Below, piece by piece: positions 14,010 through 26,450 of a stretch of 64,000 nucleotides of DNA (its first letter is position 1; every line of letters starts with the position of its first letter). The notes below the pieces were generated by a model that saw nothing but the letters and a program-made list of their open reading frames with translations, ran no database searches and was not told where the DNA came from. The stretch is from assembly GCF_036321535.1 (NCBI RefSeq), contig NC_087436.1:99822001-99886000 (forward strand), written 5' to 3'. The position numbers and the translations under genes are program-made. This stretch comes from Camelus dromedarius. Taxonomy: Eukaryota.

Positions 14010-15265
14010 TCTTATAATAAGAACTTAAAGATTTACATTCTTAGCAACTTTCAAATAGGCAATACAGTATTATTCATTATAGTCACCATGCTGTACTTTA
14101 AACCCCCATGACTAATTCTGTTGTATAATTGGAAATTTGTACCTTTTGACCCCTTTACCCACTTCACCTACTCCCTACCCCATACCTCTGGCAATCACCA
14201 ATCTGTTCTCTGTATCTATAAAGCTCCTGATTTATGTTTTTTTGTTTTGGCTTTAGAGATCATACAATATTTGTCTTTCTCTGTCTGACTTCTTTCATTT
14301 AGCATAGTGCCCTCAAGATCCATCCAGGTTGTTGGGAATGGCAAGATTTCATTCTTTTTTACAGATAAATAAAATTCCTTTGAATCTGTATACCACATCT
14401 TCTTTATCCATTTATCCATTGTTGGACGTTTAGGTTCTTTCTATGTCTTGGCTATTGTAAATAAGGCTGCAATGAACATGGGAGTGCATTTTTTCCTGTT
14501 AGTATTTTTGTTTCCTTCAGATAAATGCCCAGGAGTGGAATTGCTAGGTTATATGATAGTTTTAGTTTTGGGGGGAACCTCCATACTGTTTTCCACAGTG
14601 GCTGCATTAATTTATATTCCGACCAAGAGTGCACAATGGTACCCTTTTCTCTATATTCTCACCAACACTTGTCATTTCTTATCTTTCTATAATAGCCATT
14701 CTAACAGGTGTGAGGTAATATCTCTTGTGGCTGTGATTTGCATTTCCATAATAATTAATAATGTTGAGGATGTTTTCATGTACCTGTTGGGCATCTACTT
14801 TGTATATTCAGATCCTCTGCCCATTTTTAAAATCAGGTTGTTGTTGTTGTTGTTGTTTTGCTATTGACTTGAATGAATTTTTGATATATTTTGGATATTA
14901 ACCCCATGTCAGATGTATACCATGCAAAATTTTTCTCCCATTTCATAGATTGCCTTTTAACTTTGTTGATGATTTATCCTGCTAAGCAGAATCTTTTTAA
15001 TTTGATGCAGTCTCATTTATTGATTTTTGCTTTGTTTTGTCTGCTGTTAGGTATCAATTCTGCAAAATCATTGCCAAGACCAGTGTCAAGGAGCCTACTA
15101 CCTACTTTTTTCCAGGAAATTTAGAAATTAAGGCCTTATGTTCAAGTCTTTAGTCCATTTTGAGTGCATTTTTGAGTATGGTGTAAGATAGAGGTCCAGT
15201 TTCATTGTTTTGCATGTGGCTGTCCAGTTTTTCTAACACCGTTCATTGAAGATGATTTCCTCTTT
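14010..15265 (-). mobile_element. LINE-1 3' portion (L1MA9-like): ORF2 C-terminus plus 3' UTR
   Basis: ORFs MDKWIKKMWY...KKNEILPFPTTWMDLEGTMLNERSQTEKDKYCMIS and [12 protein letters not shown]...AIPLLGIY; 3' UTR cttagcaactttcaa...atagtcaccatgctgtac; includes (TTG)n at about 14837-14856. Confidence 0.93.
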
Positions 15266-15569
15266 CTTTTTCTTCAAGTAAGAACATGGTATCAGCTAAT
15301 CATGGATACAGAGAGGGAAGGAGGAATATGTTGCTCATTAAAGAAGAAAGGGCTCCGTCTCCCGAAGGAGAGGAAGAAAACAGCAGGGGGTGGAGAGCAG
15401 GATGCCACATGGTCTCTGTTTTGGAATGAGATAAGCCTTCAAGGCACATCACTGGATACATCTCTCTCTTCATGTGTCTGGGGAAATGAATTGTTGAGAG
15501 ATTACACGTGTGACAGAAAGAACCAGAAACTCAAATCATGAGGATGGCTAAGCTGGTATGCTATAAAGT

Positions 15570-16480
15570 CAATGGAATATTAGTCATAAAAAAGAATGAA
15601 ACCTTGACATTTGTGACAACATGGATGGACCTAGAGGGTATTATACTAAGTGAAATAAGTCAGGCAGAGAAAGACAAATACTGTATGATTTAACTAATAA
15701 GCAGAATCTAAAACACTAAGACAAGTAACAAACACAGCAAAACAGAGAGTCATAGATACAGAGAGCAAACAGGTGGATGGATGCCAGAGGGGTGGAGAGT
15801 GGTGGGGCAGTGAGAGAATTAGGTGAGGGAGATTAAAAGGTAGACACTTCTAGTTACAAAATAAATGAGTCATTGGTATGAAATGTACAGTGTGGGGAAT
15901 ATAGTCAAAAAATAATAATGTACTTGGATAATAATAATTATATGGTGACAGATGGTAGCTAGAGTTATCATGGTGATTAGTTTGTAACGTATAGAAATAT
16001 ACAATCACTACATGTACACCAGGAACTAATATAGTATTAAAAGTCAATTATATTTCAAAAAGAAACATATAAAAAGAAAACATAGGAAAAAAAGACCGAA
16101 TTTGTGGATACCAGCTGTGGGGGTTTGGAGGAGGGGAAATTGGATGAAGGTAGTCAAAAGATACAAACTTCAAGTTATAAGATAAATAAGTACTAGCTAT
16201 GCAATGTAAAATATGATAAATATAATTAACAGTGCTGTATGTTACATATGAAAGTTAAGGGAGTAAATCCTGAGTTCTCATTGCAAGGAAAATATTTTTT
16301 CAATTTTTTATTTTATATCTATATGAGATTATGAATGATCACTAAACTTGCTGTGGTAATCATTTCATGCTGTATGTATGTCAAATCTTTATACTGTACA
16401 TCTTAAACTTATGTGGTGCTCTATGCCAATTCTATCTCAATAAAACTGGAAGAAAAACTGGAAGAAAAAAATAAAATACT
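15570..16480 (+). mobile_element. 5'-truncated LINE-1 3' end of laurasiatherian type, with a two-module 3' UTR and A-rich tail
   Basis: aatggaatattagtcataaaaaagaatgaa...acatggatggacctagagggtattatactaagtgaaataagtcag; ends tctcaataaaactggaagaaaaa. Confidence 0.9.
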
Positions 16481-16584
16481 TAAAAATTTGGTCTTGCATA
16501 TATAAGACCATACAATATTTACTATTTTTTTCATTTCTATCATCATCATCTTAATCATCTTCTGAATTATTTTAGTAACTCCAG

Positions 16585-16658
16585 TTTTTTTTTTTTATAT
16601 TTGTTCTTTTTATTGAAGTATTGTCAGTTTATAATGCTGTATCAATTTTTGGTATACC
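16585..16658 (-). mobile_element. Very short cetartiodactyl/camelid-type L1 3' terminus
   Basis: polyT followed by tttattgaagtattgtcagtttataatgctgtatcaatttttggtatac. Confidence 0.6.
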
Positions 16659-16679
16659 GCCTCCCGCCCTTACTTCATG

Positions 16680-17000
16680 CCAAAATATTCATTTAGAAAA
16701 GCAGTGTGGATCACATCATGTGCCAGTTTATAATTATCTCAGGAATTTAATTGACTTCAGGGAAATGAAAAATCTGTTTATGTGAATCATCAGGCCATTC
16801 ACAATTTATCTTCTGAGCATCTCTTCAGACTTAAATACTACCTCTTACAACATGCACCCTCCAAGTTAGCCATTGCAAGCTAGTTGCTAAACCCGCTCTG
16901 TTCATTCTCCCTTTGTGCCTGGGACATGTTGCACTCTGCCTGGAAGATATCTTCAGCTGCTTGACCCTTACTCCTAAGACAACCTGGGGTATTGATTCTC
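16680..17000 (+). mobile_element. L2 fragment
   Basis: ggatcacatc...aggccattcacaatttatc...ttgcactctgcctggaaga resembles the L2 3' region. Confidence 0.5.
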
Positions 17001-17852
17001 AGGAGCTGTCAGAAGGATAAGGATAAGTAAGAGATATAATAGCGTTTTTGTAGATCGTAAAGTATATCCATCTCTGATTTTTTATCATTATATGTCTTCC
17101 ACTTTGTAAATTTTAAAGTTATTACATGATCATGCACATTTCCAGAGAGTCGATTAAATTACCATTTACTGTCTATGTCTTCCTAAAATACCTACTCAAT
17201 CTCCAATAGACAAAGCATTTGTATATAGTATCTTAATTTTTATGGTAATCTAGGACATATTTAGAAATCCCAAATCAATGACCATTCAATTCAATATTTT
17301 GTCTTTACCTAGTCTGCATAAAAAATTTGTGGTTTATAAAGAAAAAAGTCTTTATCCACAAGCTGAACTTTATAACTGTGAAAGAGCATTTTATTTTGTG
17401 CATGCATCAGCTCAGTCAGAGGAACTTAATTTTTGATTCTAAATCAATACCCTAAGTCAATGTTTACTGGAAATAGATTTTTTTAAACATACCCAATATA
17501 AAAATGTAAATGAAACAATTCACTTGCATTTAAAGATGGTGCACTCTGTTCTCTTTTTCAACTTTACAAACAAGACTATTCCATAAACAAGATACAAAAT
17601 ACTATACATTTTAAGAGATTTGACAGCACTTACTCAAAAATTTAACTGAGTATAGGTAACTAGATTGTGATACATCCCAAATTAATTTTCCTTATGTCTC
17701 ATTAAATAAAATTGCATTATATTTTGCTCTTTGACCATAACATTTCTATGCACACAAGATAGATGTTTTCACTTTTTATATTTGTAATGTTTCTATGATA
17801 TGACAGCAAAAATCTGTTACACTTTTTTAGAGTGTTTGTAAAAATAATTATT

Positions 17853-17857
<5 letters not shown>

Positions 17858-17884
<27 letters not shown>
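17858..17884 (+). repeat. (CA)n microsatellite
   Basis: Directly visible. Confidence 0.95.
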
Positions 17885-18529
17885 ACTGATTTGCTACGTG
17901 GAAGGAGCTGCTGCTTTGACCTATTTTATGTTTGACTCCTAAGACATTTCTATAAGCATGTCTCATATCTGGTTATATCATAACCATTTATTCATTTGTA
18001 CTTAAGCGAATCTTCTATTCATTGTCTGAGGTTCTTTTTTATGGGATTTCAGACCGTAAAAAGTATAGTGATGAACAGCCAGGTGAACCACAAATGAGAT
18101 TATAACTGAGTAAAGTCCTGTGAGTCAAATTGGGCGAGTTGCTTTCTTGCTCTTCACAATTACTTTAAAGCCTTTTAGCATTCTGTTGTCACTTGAAAGT
18201 AAAAAGGTTTTACTTGGTAAAACAAAACTTTTAAAAGACTAAACTAGCAAAATAACCTTCTGGCATTTTTTGCTTGTTTCATGGAAATAAATCACTTTTA
18301 ACTTTTAAGTCTTAGTATTTACTTGAAAATTTCATCTTGACTGTCAAGTAACAAATCATGTAAATAGATCCCTATCGGTTACATCTTTTTAAATAAGAAT
18401 GAAACTTCCACTTGAAATATCATACATTTCTCAATTTTCCTTTAGAATTATCTTGATGAGTATTTATTAGGTTATTTTTGTCAGGGACGTATTCTTGACC
18501 AATAATAACTTACTTTATTATACAAAAGG

Positions 18530-18670
18530 CACACAAACTCTCTGTGCCTCAGTGTCTTCATCTGTAAAACTGGGGAGCAGAGTCATTACCTCACTGATGT
18601 GTCACAAGGATTATGTGAGTAACTCATGCAAAAGAACTAGAATGGTGGACTCCTTCGTAACAGTGAAATA
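18530..18670 (+). mobile_element. MIR SINE
   Basis: ctctctgtgcctcagtgtcttcatctgtaaaactgggg...aggattatgtgagtaactcatgcaaaag is the MIR core. Confidence 0.8.
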
Positions 18671-18689
18671 AGAATCCTAGAAGGTTAGT

Positions 18690-19050
18690 CATCAGGTGGC
18701 AGTTCTTAGCCAACAAAGGCAAGTGGTTACAATTATCATAATGAGTATATAAGTTGGAGTGGCAGCCAGGAATTTTGGTCATTGAGAGGCTTGAAGATTG
18801 TTAATACAAAATGACATCCTTAGGATCAGCGGAAAATGGTATTACTCCATGTATACAATAAAATCTAATTGAGGATGTGTTTTCAAAATCAACTGACTAA
18901 AAGCGAGAACAGATCCCCTAGAAGAAATTCCCAGCAATGTCATGGTAGAATTATTCATCAGTCGTTCTCCCAGATATCCCTCAAATGCTCATACAGCCAT
19001 TTAATTAGTTAACCATATGGTACGGAGAGAGAAACACCTAGATATTTTTA
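18690..19050 (+). mobile_element. ERVL internal-sequence remnant (gag 3'/protease region)
   Basis: aggtggcagttcttagccaacaaaggcaag...agatcccctagaagaaattccc...cagccatttaattagttaacc resembles my recollection of HERVL/ERVL-int. Confidence 0.45.
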
Positions 19051-19054
19051 TTTT

Positions 19055-19468
19055 GCATTTAAAATATTCTTATTGTGGTAAAATATACCTAACATAAAAT
19101 TTACCATTTTCACCATTTTTAGGCATACAGTTTATTGGCAATAGGTACATTCACCTTGTTGTGAAACCATTACCACAATCCATCTCTAGAACTTTTTTAC
19201 CTTCTCCAACTGAAACTCTGCACCCATTAAATAATAATTCCCCATTATCACTTCTTCCCATCCCCTGAAAACCACCATCCTACGTGCTCTCTTTATGACT
19301 TGGACTACACTTGGTGCTTCACATAAGTGGAATCATGCAACATTTGTCCTTTTGTGTCTGGCTTACTGTATTTAACATAATGTCTCCAAGGTTCATCCAT
19401 GTTGTATCATGTGTCAAAACTAAATCCCTTTTAAGGCTGAATAATATTTCATTGTTTGTATATGCCAC
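19055..19468 (-). mobile_element. L1MB-type 3' end
   Basis: attgtggtaaaatatacctaacataaaatttaccatttt...catctctagaactttttt...aactgaaactctgcacccattaaa; ORF ...TTWMNLGDIMLNTVSQTQKDKCCMIPL. Confidence 0.92.
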
Positions 19469-19559
19469 AGAATCACAGAAATTTAAAAGACATATTCCTG
19501 TCATGATGCTGGGCTCTGGTAGAGATAGAACACTTGCCCTTTTGACAAAAAGCGACTAT

Positions 19560-19820
19560 GTGACAAAAACTAAAAGTACCGGCGGTAATTTATCAAAAGA
19601 TAGAAGTAGTACAGATTTAGGCATGGACAGTCCAAAGGGTACAAATAAGCTGCATGATAAATCATCCCAACCTCTGATGTCACCAATCCTGTTGCAACTC
19701 TGCTCAAACCCATGGTTGCCTGGGGTTCTTTATAGCCTGTTGAAGAAGGGACCCCAGCTGCCACTCTGTCATTTTGTGCTCTATATTGGAAAGAGACCAG
19801 CATGGCAGTGGTCATTGATT
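19560..19820 (+). mobile_element. ERVL internal-sequence remnant (pol tether/RNase H approach)
   Basis: gtccaaagggtacaaataagctgcatga...cccatggttgcctggggttctttata (PKGTNKLH) resembles ERVL pol GPEGTSKLHE...MAxWGVPY. Confidence 0.45.
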
Positions 19821-19829
19821 ACTTAGTTT

Positions 19830-19990
19830 AAAATAAGTAAAATTAGTTAAATTTAAAAATTCAGACCCTTTGTCACACCAACCACATCATAAATGTTTAG
19901 TAGCCACATGTGGCTCATGGCTGCTGTACTGGAAAGTGTGGACAAAAAACATTCTCATCATCACAGAATATTCTGTTAAACAACATTAAA
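19830..19990 (-). mobile_element. MER3 hAT-Charlie MITE
   Basis: aaaattcag...tagtagccacatgtggctcatggctgctgtactgga...aacattctcatcatcacagaatattctgtt. Confidence 0.75.
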
Positions 19991-22900
19991 TAAACTTAGT
20001 TTATGAAATAATTCCATAATTTAAGGTGGAAAGAGTAAGCTATGTACCATCTTCAATGAATGAATAAAAATGAGAGGGAAATTTTTTTTTTTCAGAAGAG
20101 GGTTGGTTTCTTTCAGAACAGGAATGTTTGGAAACAAAATGTGCTCCATAGAAACTATTAAGTTTGGATGCTCAAGGCACTCAGTCTCAATAGGAAACTG
20201 AGATGGCAAATCAGAACTTGGAGTCACTGGTCCACCACATTAAATAGCTACAAATACACACAACCACACATGCACTTGTGTACACGCACAAACACTCACC
20301 TTAGATTTTTTTTTCCATGCTGGTATAAGAAGAATTCAACATGGTGAAGGATACAACTTAATTTTCTATTGATTTTAATACGTAATGATCCATTTGGACT
20401 ATTAAAAGGAATACATTTCATCAGATTGTTGAATATAATGATTAATTAGAAAAAGCATGTACTTTTTGAGTCACTTTGAATTACACTTTTAATGTAGTAT
20501 AGTTTTAATTACTAATTAAATTGGTATATAATTTTTTTTCTAAAATAAAACTATTGGATAATACTTATAAGTTAATCATTTATGTTTAGTAGTATTATGG
20601 GGCTATATTTTCAACATATATCTCCTCAGAAATTAACATCTGTCATTACCTAATGACCTGATTTTGGGGGAAAATTGATTCTATTTTTTTCAGATAAACC
20701 ATTTTTATTTTGTGTATGACATAATTCTGATATTCAGAATATAGTCATTGCATAAAACCTGGGCATTTTTAACCTGTAGAACATTTATTGAAAATAATAT
20801 TAGAAATTACCTTTTGTTTTGTCCCCTCTCCCCCAAACTCTCCAAAATATGTGTGGGTGCAGGCAGGAAAATTATCTTCACTAAATATGTCCTGAATTAG
20901 GTGCCTGTCTTACAATGGGGCCTCTTCTCCGTAAAAGGCCCTAAATTAAAGAAGCGAGCCCTCAGTGGCCATTTCTATACTATATGTCCCAGCAAGTCTC
21001 ATAACAGAAACGATTCTGACATGGACACCTGATCCAAAGTAGACAGATAAAATTCTCTCTTCCAAGAATTTTAAAATATAGAGGCAGAGGGACATTAAAG
21101 TGGTCAGAGTCAAGTTACATTAAAGCAAATTTTCTTGTGGCTAAACATCCCAATGTTAAAATTAGCATAGACCTAATTTCTTCTTTCAGCAGTTTTGGTT
21201 GTTTAACTATTTAACTCCCAGAGAGATATGCCCAATATTTGTCCACTATGTTCTTTTTTTTTTCCTTCTTGAGCAAATCAACCCTGGTTTCAACGACTAA
21301 TTCCCAATGAAACCTAACAAGAATCTCAGAAAAGAGAACTGGTTGTTCAACAATGGAAGCAAATAAGTTGCTTGCAAATTTTTAATTAAAGTTGTATTTT
21401 CCAATCAGATTTCTGCTGCCTTATAGATGAAACATGTGATTTTACTTTCTTTTTTAATTGATTTCAAACTTTAAACAAATTTGTAAGTTTGAGCCATGTC
21501 TACAAGTATGGGTAGTTCTGAAAAGCTTAATGGGATTTCAATTTAGAGATAATTCAGATAGCAGTAGCCTCTTCTTATTATAGTGTCTGATAGCAATGGT
21601 GGTTTAATAAATAATTGTTAATGAACTTACTGACTACACTGCTACTTCCAGTGCCTGATATCAGGTGAGGTTTGCCTCATCCACTTTCATTGTGGTTTTG
21701 GCATTTTCTTCAGAAAAAACAAAAAGAATATCCTTGCTGAGTTTTCTTCCTAGATCTTTGAGAATCAAAATTTCTTTGACATCCCATGGTTTATTCCAGT
21801 AGTAGCAAACTCTGAGCCTCTGTGCACAAGAGGGCATGTAAGTAAGTGAATCAGACCTGGTGGAGACTGTGAAAAATGGAAGAGAACTTATCCAGTGTGA
21901 CATGAGGCAACCAGCACTCAGCTCCCAATTTTCTCATGTAGAAATGCAGACCCACAGTAGAGAGACTACCGATCAATTTTTTTTTTTGACATTATGACAT
22001 TAATGACATACTATCAGACTGCTTCCTTCTTTAAACATTTACATTTGGGTAGCTTCCAGAATTTCACAACTAAATAGTAAACCAAAGAGACTTTTTAAAA
22101 GTTAAACTAGATTCATTTTCTCTTGTTTGCAATATACTTACATGATATTTATTTCACATAAATATTTTAGTAAAGTGAATCATTCTATTTATTTCTATTG
22201 TATGATTTCATTGAGTGCTTCTGATTATTTGAAGTTGTATTCTAGGGGATGTGTACCTTTCCTAATGAAGTGTATAATTTTATATAGATCAAAGTTCCCT
22301 CTACTTCTCTCTTCACCTGTTTCCACTGATTGTCTTAATAGAATCAGTAACCATTCATAGACTGATTGACTCCAGCTTTAATACAGAATAAGTTTATTCT
22401 GTAATTATGGAAATTAAAAAAGAAAAAGTATAGATATATTTGCATAAATTGGGGAAGCAAAATATAATTACATGTTTAAATGTCTCTTTAATAATTTTTA
22501 CTTGTCAACAAAATTAGAACGTATAAAGTACTTACATATTTTAGGTGACTTTCAAGTGGAAGAGCTAGTCTAGAAGAAATCAGTGTTTGTAATTTTTGAG
22601 ACAGTTTGACAGCACTAATGGGCAAAATATTCTTACATGACATTTTTATAAATAACCCAAGATGTATGGTCTTCAGTTGATTCCAGTGCATGTATTAATG
22701 CTGTTCTTTTTCATGTGCTAATGTCTGTAATCATTCTGATTGAAATGTATTAAAAGATAAGAAGGAAGGGTTGAATTATACCAAATATGTATTTTAATTT
22801 TTAGTTAAGGATGTAAGAACATGAAACTACCAAAAAGTGGCTTTTGATATTGGAGCAGTGTTTGCTGAATGCCAGTAAATTATATATAACTAATGAGAAT

Positions 22901-23320
22901 ACTGTTAACTATAACATATTAATTGAATTGTTGTAATATTTGTGTGTTCTTCAAATTTTTCTTGAATCCTCTTATATGGTCTTAGAGGTCTATTTTTATG
23001 TAATGTCAATATAAACCATTGAACAGTTGAAAACAATCAACTATTAAACAATATAGTCAACTTCTATATAAATTTATATGATGGCAAATATCTCATTGTA
23101 TTGACTTATTTCACAGAATTAGTCTGTTTAGGGACCATAATCTTGCTATAAGTATTCAATCAGATCTAACACAGGCTATAGCCATTATGCAAATTAAGCA
23201 AAAATAATTTTCTTTTGTTTTTTTTTTTTTGAACAAAGCAACATGTTCAGACTCATCTCACTTCTGAAATTGGTTTGTTTTAATTCTTTTTGCATAGTTT
23301 TGTTTCATTCAGTTGAACAT

Positions 23321-23809
23321 TGATGGGGTTTAGGACAGGCTTCCCCAATTTATGTCACTTTGTGATATAGATTATTTTGAGTTAATGTTACTTAAGAAAT
23401 AACTGGTGCAAGAACAACACTCTGACTGTCCTCTGTCCCCCAGAAGCAGGAATTAAATCTCCCATTTGAAGGCATCCTGCATATGCTGGAGGTTAGGAGG
23501 CGTCCTTATCACCAGAGGTAGGGAATTCAAGGCTAAGAATGCTGTACAAACAAACTTTGTTATTTCTTCATTACTTTGCTTCCCCAGGCAAAAACCCCTT
23601 TGTTTTTTCAAGTGTTCACAAGTAATTATTTCTTTGTCTTAAAGGTTTAAACGCTGCCTGCTTTTGTCACTTCTTTGAGCTTTCTTATCTTTGGGGTTCC
23701 TGTATGTACAAAATTAAATTTGTTTTCTCCTGTTGATCCGTCTTATGTCAATTTAATTATTAGACCAGCTAAAAATATAAAGATACAGGAAAAATTTTCC
23801 TACCCTACA
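23321..23809 (+). repeat. 5' LTR (MER34-like)
   Basis: Begins tgatgg, ends ccctaca; contains ggattattttgagttaa and aaattaaatttgttttctcctgttgatc typical of MER34 LTRs. Confidence 0.85.
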
Positions 23810-23811
23810 GC

Positions 23812-23829
23812 TGGCGTAGTCAGCAGGAT
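23812..23829 (+). other. Retroviral primer-binding site complementary to tRNA-Ser
   Basis: tggcgtagtcagcaggat matches TGGCGTAGTCGGCAGGAT (reverse complement of the tRNA-Ser 3' end plus CCA) at 17/18, 2 nt after the LTR end. Confidence 0.9.
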
Positions 23830-24810
23830 AAACCTCACTGGCTGGACACTGCTTCCTCCAGGGCTGCTGCAGTTGAGAGATTCTGGGACTCCTGACAAGC
23901 TCCAACAGAAGGTTAGAATTCTTGCCAAAGTTAACTCTCCCAGATCTCTCTGTATGCGTGGTCAAAATAGGAAGGTACAATTTTCTTGTTCCTTCCTTTT
24001 CTAAATTTAGATTAGGAAGAGAAAATATTTATGGGATTAGTTTCTTGGGTATAGCTTCTAGTAAAAAATTGGCATAAGTTCACTTGGTTTTTATTGGTAT
24101 TTTTCCTCCCAGAAATGATCACTTTGTTTCTTTGTCACTATTTATGTTGTCATTTGTCATAAGGAGAAAAAAAAAAAACCCACAACAAAACATAGGGTAC
24201 AATACAGGCATAAGCCCCATACCCTGCTGTTCCAGCGGGCTTCATAAACTGGTGAGTCATGGTTCTCACCAGACCTGTCTATTGAGATGAAACTTGCTAT
24301 GTTCCCTGACATAAACAGAATGAGGGCTTTTCTTTTCTTTTCTTTTCTTTTCTTTTCGTATGTCCTGAGAGTTTTGTGACCAGTGAGAATACTCTCCCTG
24401 GTATCTGCTGTCTAGAAAATATACTTAATTTTGTGCATCTTGGTGGCCAAATAGACTGAGGTTCCAAGACACAAAGTCACAAGTAGCACTTTCTCTGTTT
24501 GGCCAAGCCAGCTCTGAAGGGAAATTGTCATAATGGATCCCAGATCATAAGGGGCCTTGTCATCTCCACCTTGTTAGTGATTGAACAGTTCCATTCCAGT
24601 GACGCCTGCCCAGTTTCACAGATTAATGCATCTGTACCTTAAGGGACCTCATGTTCTTGTAGGAAACCAGAGACAACATTTTCATTGCATCATTCTTACC
24701 ACATATGCAATGAAGGTCTTTGATGTTTTAGAATACCTTTGGGAATAAACTTTCTGGCTCTTATGAGGGCCACATCTTTTGTATTCCATTTGGGAATGCC
24801 TCTTACATCC

Positions 24811-26130
24811 ATGGGTAAGCCACAAAGAACACTTTCTGTTTTGAGTCACTAGTAAGAAGCTCTTATTCATCAATGGACATGCAATGGAGTCTTTGAGTTG
24901 GAAAAACTTAAAAATGGAGAAATTTTTAGAGAGCTTTTATTTTAAATAGTTGATTTATTGGTATCTATGGAAAAGAGAAAATTGAAAAGAGAACACGAAG
25001 AAACATAGCAGCTGCTTTTACGGACTTTCTAAATAAGAAGAAAGAATGGAAAGGAATTAAAACATAGAAAAAAAAGTAAAAACCAAATCTCCTATAAATC
25101 TCCCTCATGCTTCCTCTTATACACCCCTTATTCCAAACTTCCTTAACCTGACTCACCAGAAGATCTTTTGGATCTATAGGCCAATGATCTAATCCCCTCC
25201 TCAAAACCCAACACCATCTTCTTGCCAGTTCTCCTAAATCCTAAAGCTCCTCCAACTTCCCTAGAAAATCCCAAGGCTTACAGGGGACACTCCAGCCTGA
25301 CTTCTAAGGCAGGGGTATACAGGTTACCTGCATAATTTCTGAATATCAGAAAATGAATTTAGCAGAGGCACCTGGGACAGTTGATACGCTTTCTTTCCAG
25401 TCCCTTTTAACTCCTTCTACATTTTAGGGCTTGATAAACTTGCCCTGCCAATTTCAGACATTCCTAAGCAATGTCATTTGGATAGGATCCCTACCACAAA
25501 GAATTCAAGTCCCTTGGACAACAGCAAATCTTTTACGTTATAAAGCTCTTTTATGTCCATTTTTAAAATATCTTACCAAATTTAAAGAGAAATTAAAAAT
25601 ATTAATTGCCATGCATAAATACACTCATAGGGACTTCGATTGCTAATGGAGATTCTTCCCAGCCAAGATTATGTTGTAGTTATCAGACAAGCCAGTTCCT
25701 TGACCCTCTCCCCTTTCACAGAGAAAATAAATGGCTAGAACTTGTCCCAGGATCCTCTTCAAATGACCAGGAAATGGCTAAGTTAGAGGCTAATAATCAA
25801 GGTTTGATAGGAATGATATTATGGGCTATCCCCATAAAGTTAATTGGTCTAAATTTGAATTATGCATACACCCAGAAAGAAAACATCCAAAAATATTTGT
25901 TAAACATTTTATACAGGCATTTCAAAGGCACACTGCATTAAATCCAGCTCTAGAACATAGGACTCTTTTAATTTCTGCCTTAGTAGAAAATTTCCTCCCT
26001 GATACAAAAAAGCAGATTCAAAATAATGTGATTAGGTGGGCTAATCAGTCTCTAAATATCACAATGATAAAGACTATCCAGTTCTTTGAAAATGGCTTAA
26101 AGAAATACAGACAACAAAGAGTTAGAATGA
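24811..26130 (+). pseudogene. Gammaretrovirus-like gag remnant (capsid C-terminal/MHR region recognisable at about 25821-26130)
   Basis: KVNWSKFELC...HPKIFVKHFIQAFQRHTALNP...LLISALVENFLPDTKKQIQ..IRW resembles Gag p30 (NWSK..CxQ..EHP..F.E.F..AFR.YT.LDP...LPDIKK); start (atgggt, MG) is tentative. Confidence 0.65.
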
Positions 26131-26140
26131 ACATTTTTTT

Positions 26141-26450
26141 CTTATCACCAGAGATAAGGAATTCAAGGCCAAGAAAGCTGAATAAACAAACTTTGTTATT
26201 TCTTCATTACTTTGCTACTCCAAGCAAAACCCTCTTTATTTGGTCAACTATGTACAAATAATTCTTTCTTTTTCTGAAAGGCATAAAAAGCTGTCTGCTT
26301 TAGTCACTTCTTTGAACCTTATGTCTTTGACATTCCCGAATGTACAAAATTAAATTAGTTTTCTACTGTTGATCTGTTTTATATCAATTTAATTTTTAGA
26401 CCAGCCAAAAAGAAACTAGAAGGGTAGAGGAAAATTTTTCATCTCCTAAA
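26141..26450 (+). repeat. 3' LTR, lacking its first ~184 bp
   Basis: cttatcaccagagataaggaattcaaggcc...aaacaaactttgttatttcttcattactttgct aligns to the 5' LTR from 23505. Confidence 0.9.

Larger units (their letters stand above)
23321..26450 (+). mobile_element. Internally deleted class I (ERV1, MER34/MER4-group-like) endogenous retrovirus: 5' LTR, PBS, leader, gag remnant, partial 3' LTR
   Basis: Direct repeat 23505-23809 vs 26141-26450; tRNA-Ser PBS; gag capsid homology; candidate 4-bp TSD acat/gcat. Confidence 0.88.

Noticed and set aside
14010..16480. Oppositely oriented L1 pair as a single twin-primed (5'-inverted) insertion
   Set aside because: Both pieces contain the same ORF2 C-terminal region and each has its own different 3' UTR, separated by ~300 bp of unrelated DNA. 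They are two independent insertions.
19311..19826. Longest ORF in the track (171 aa) as a novel gene
   Set aside because: It starts at a non-ATG codon in antisense L1MB sequence and continues into a probable ERVL remnant, so it is a chance chimeric frame.
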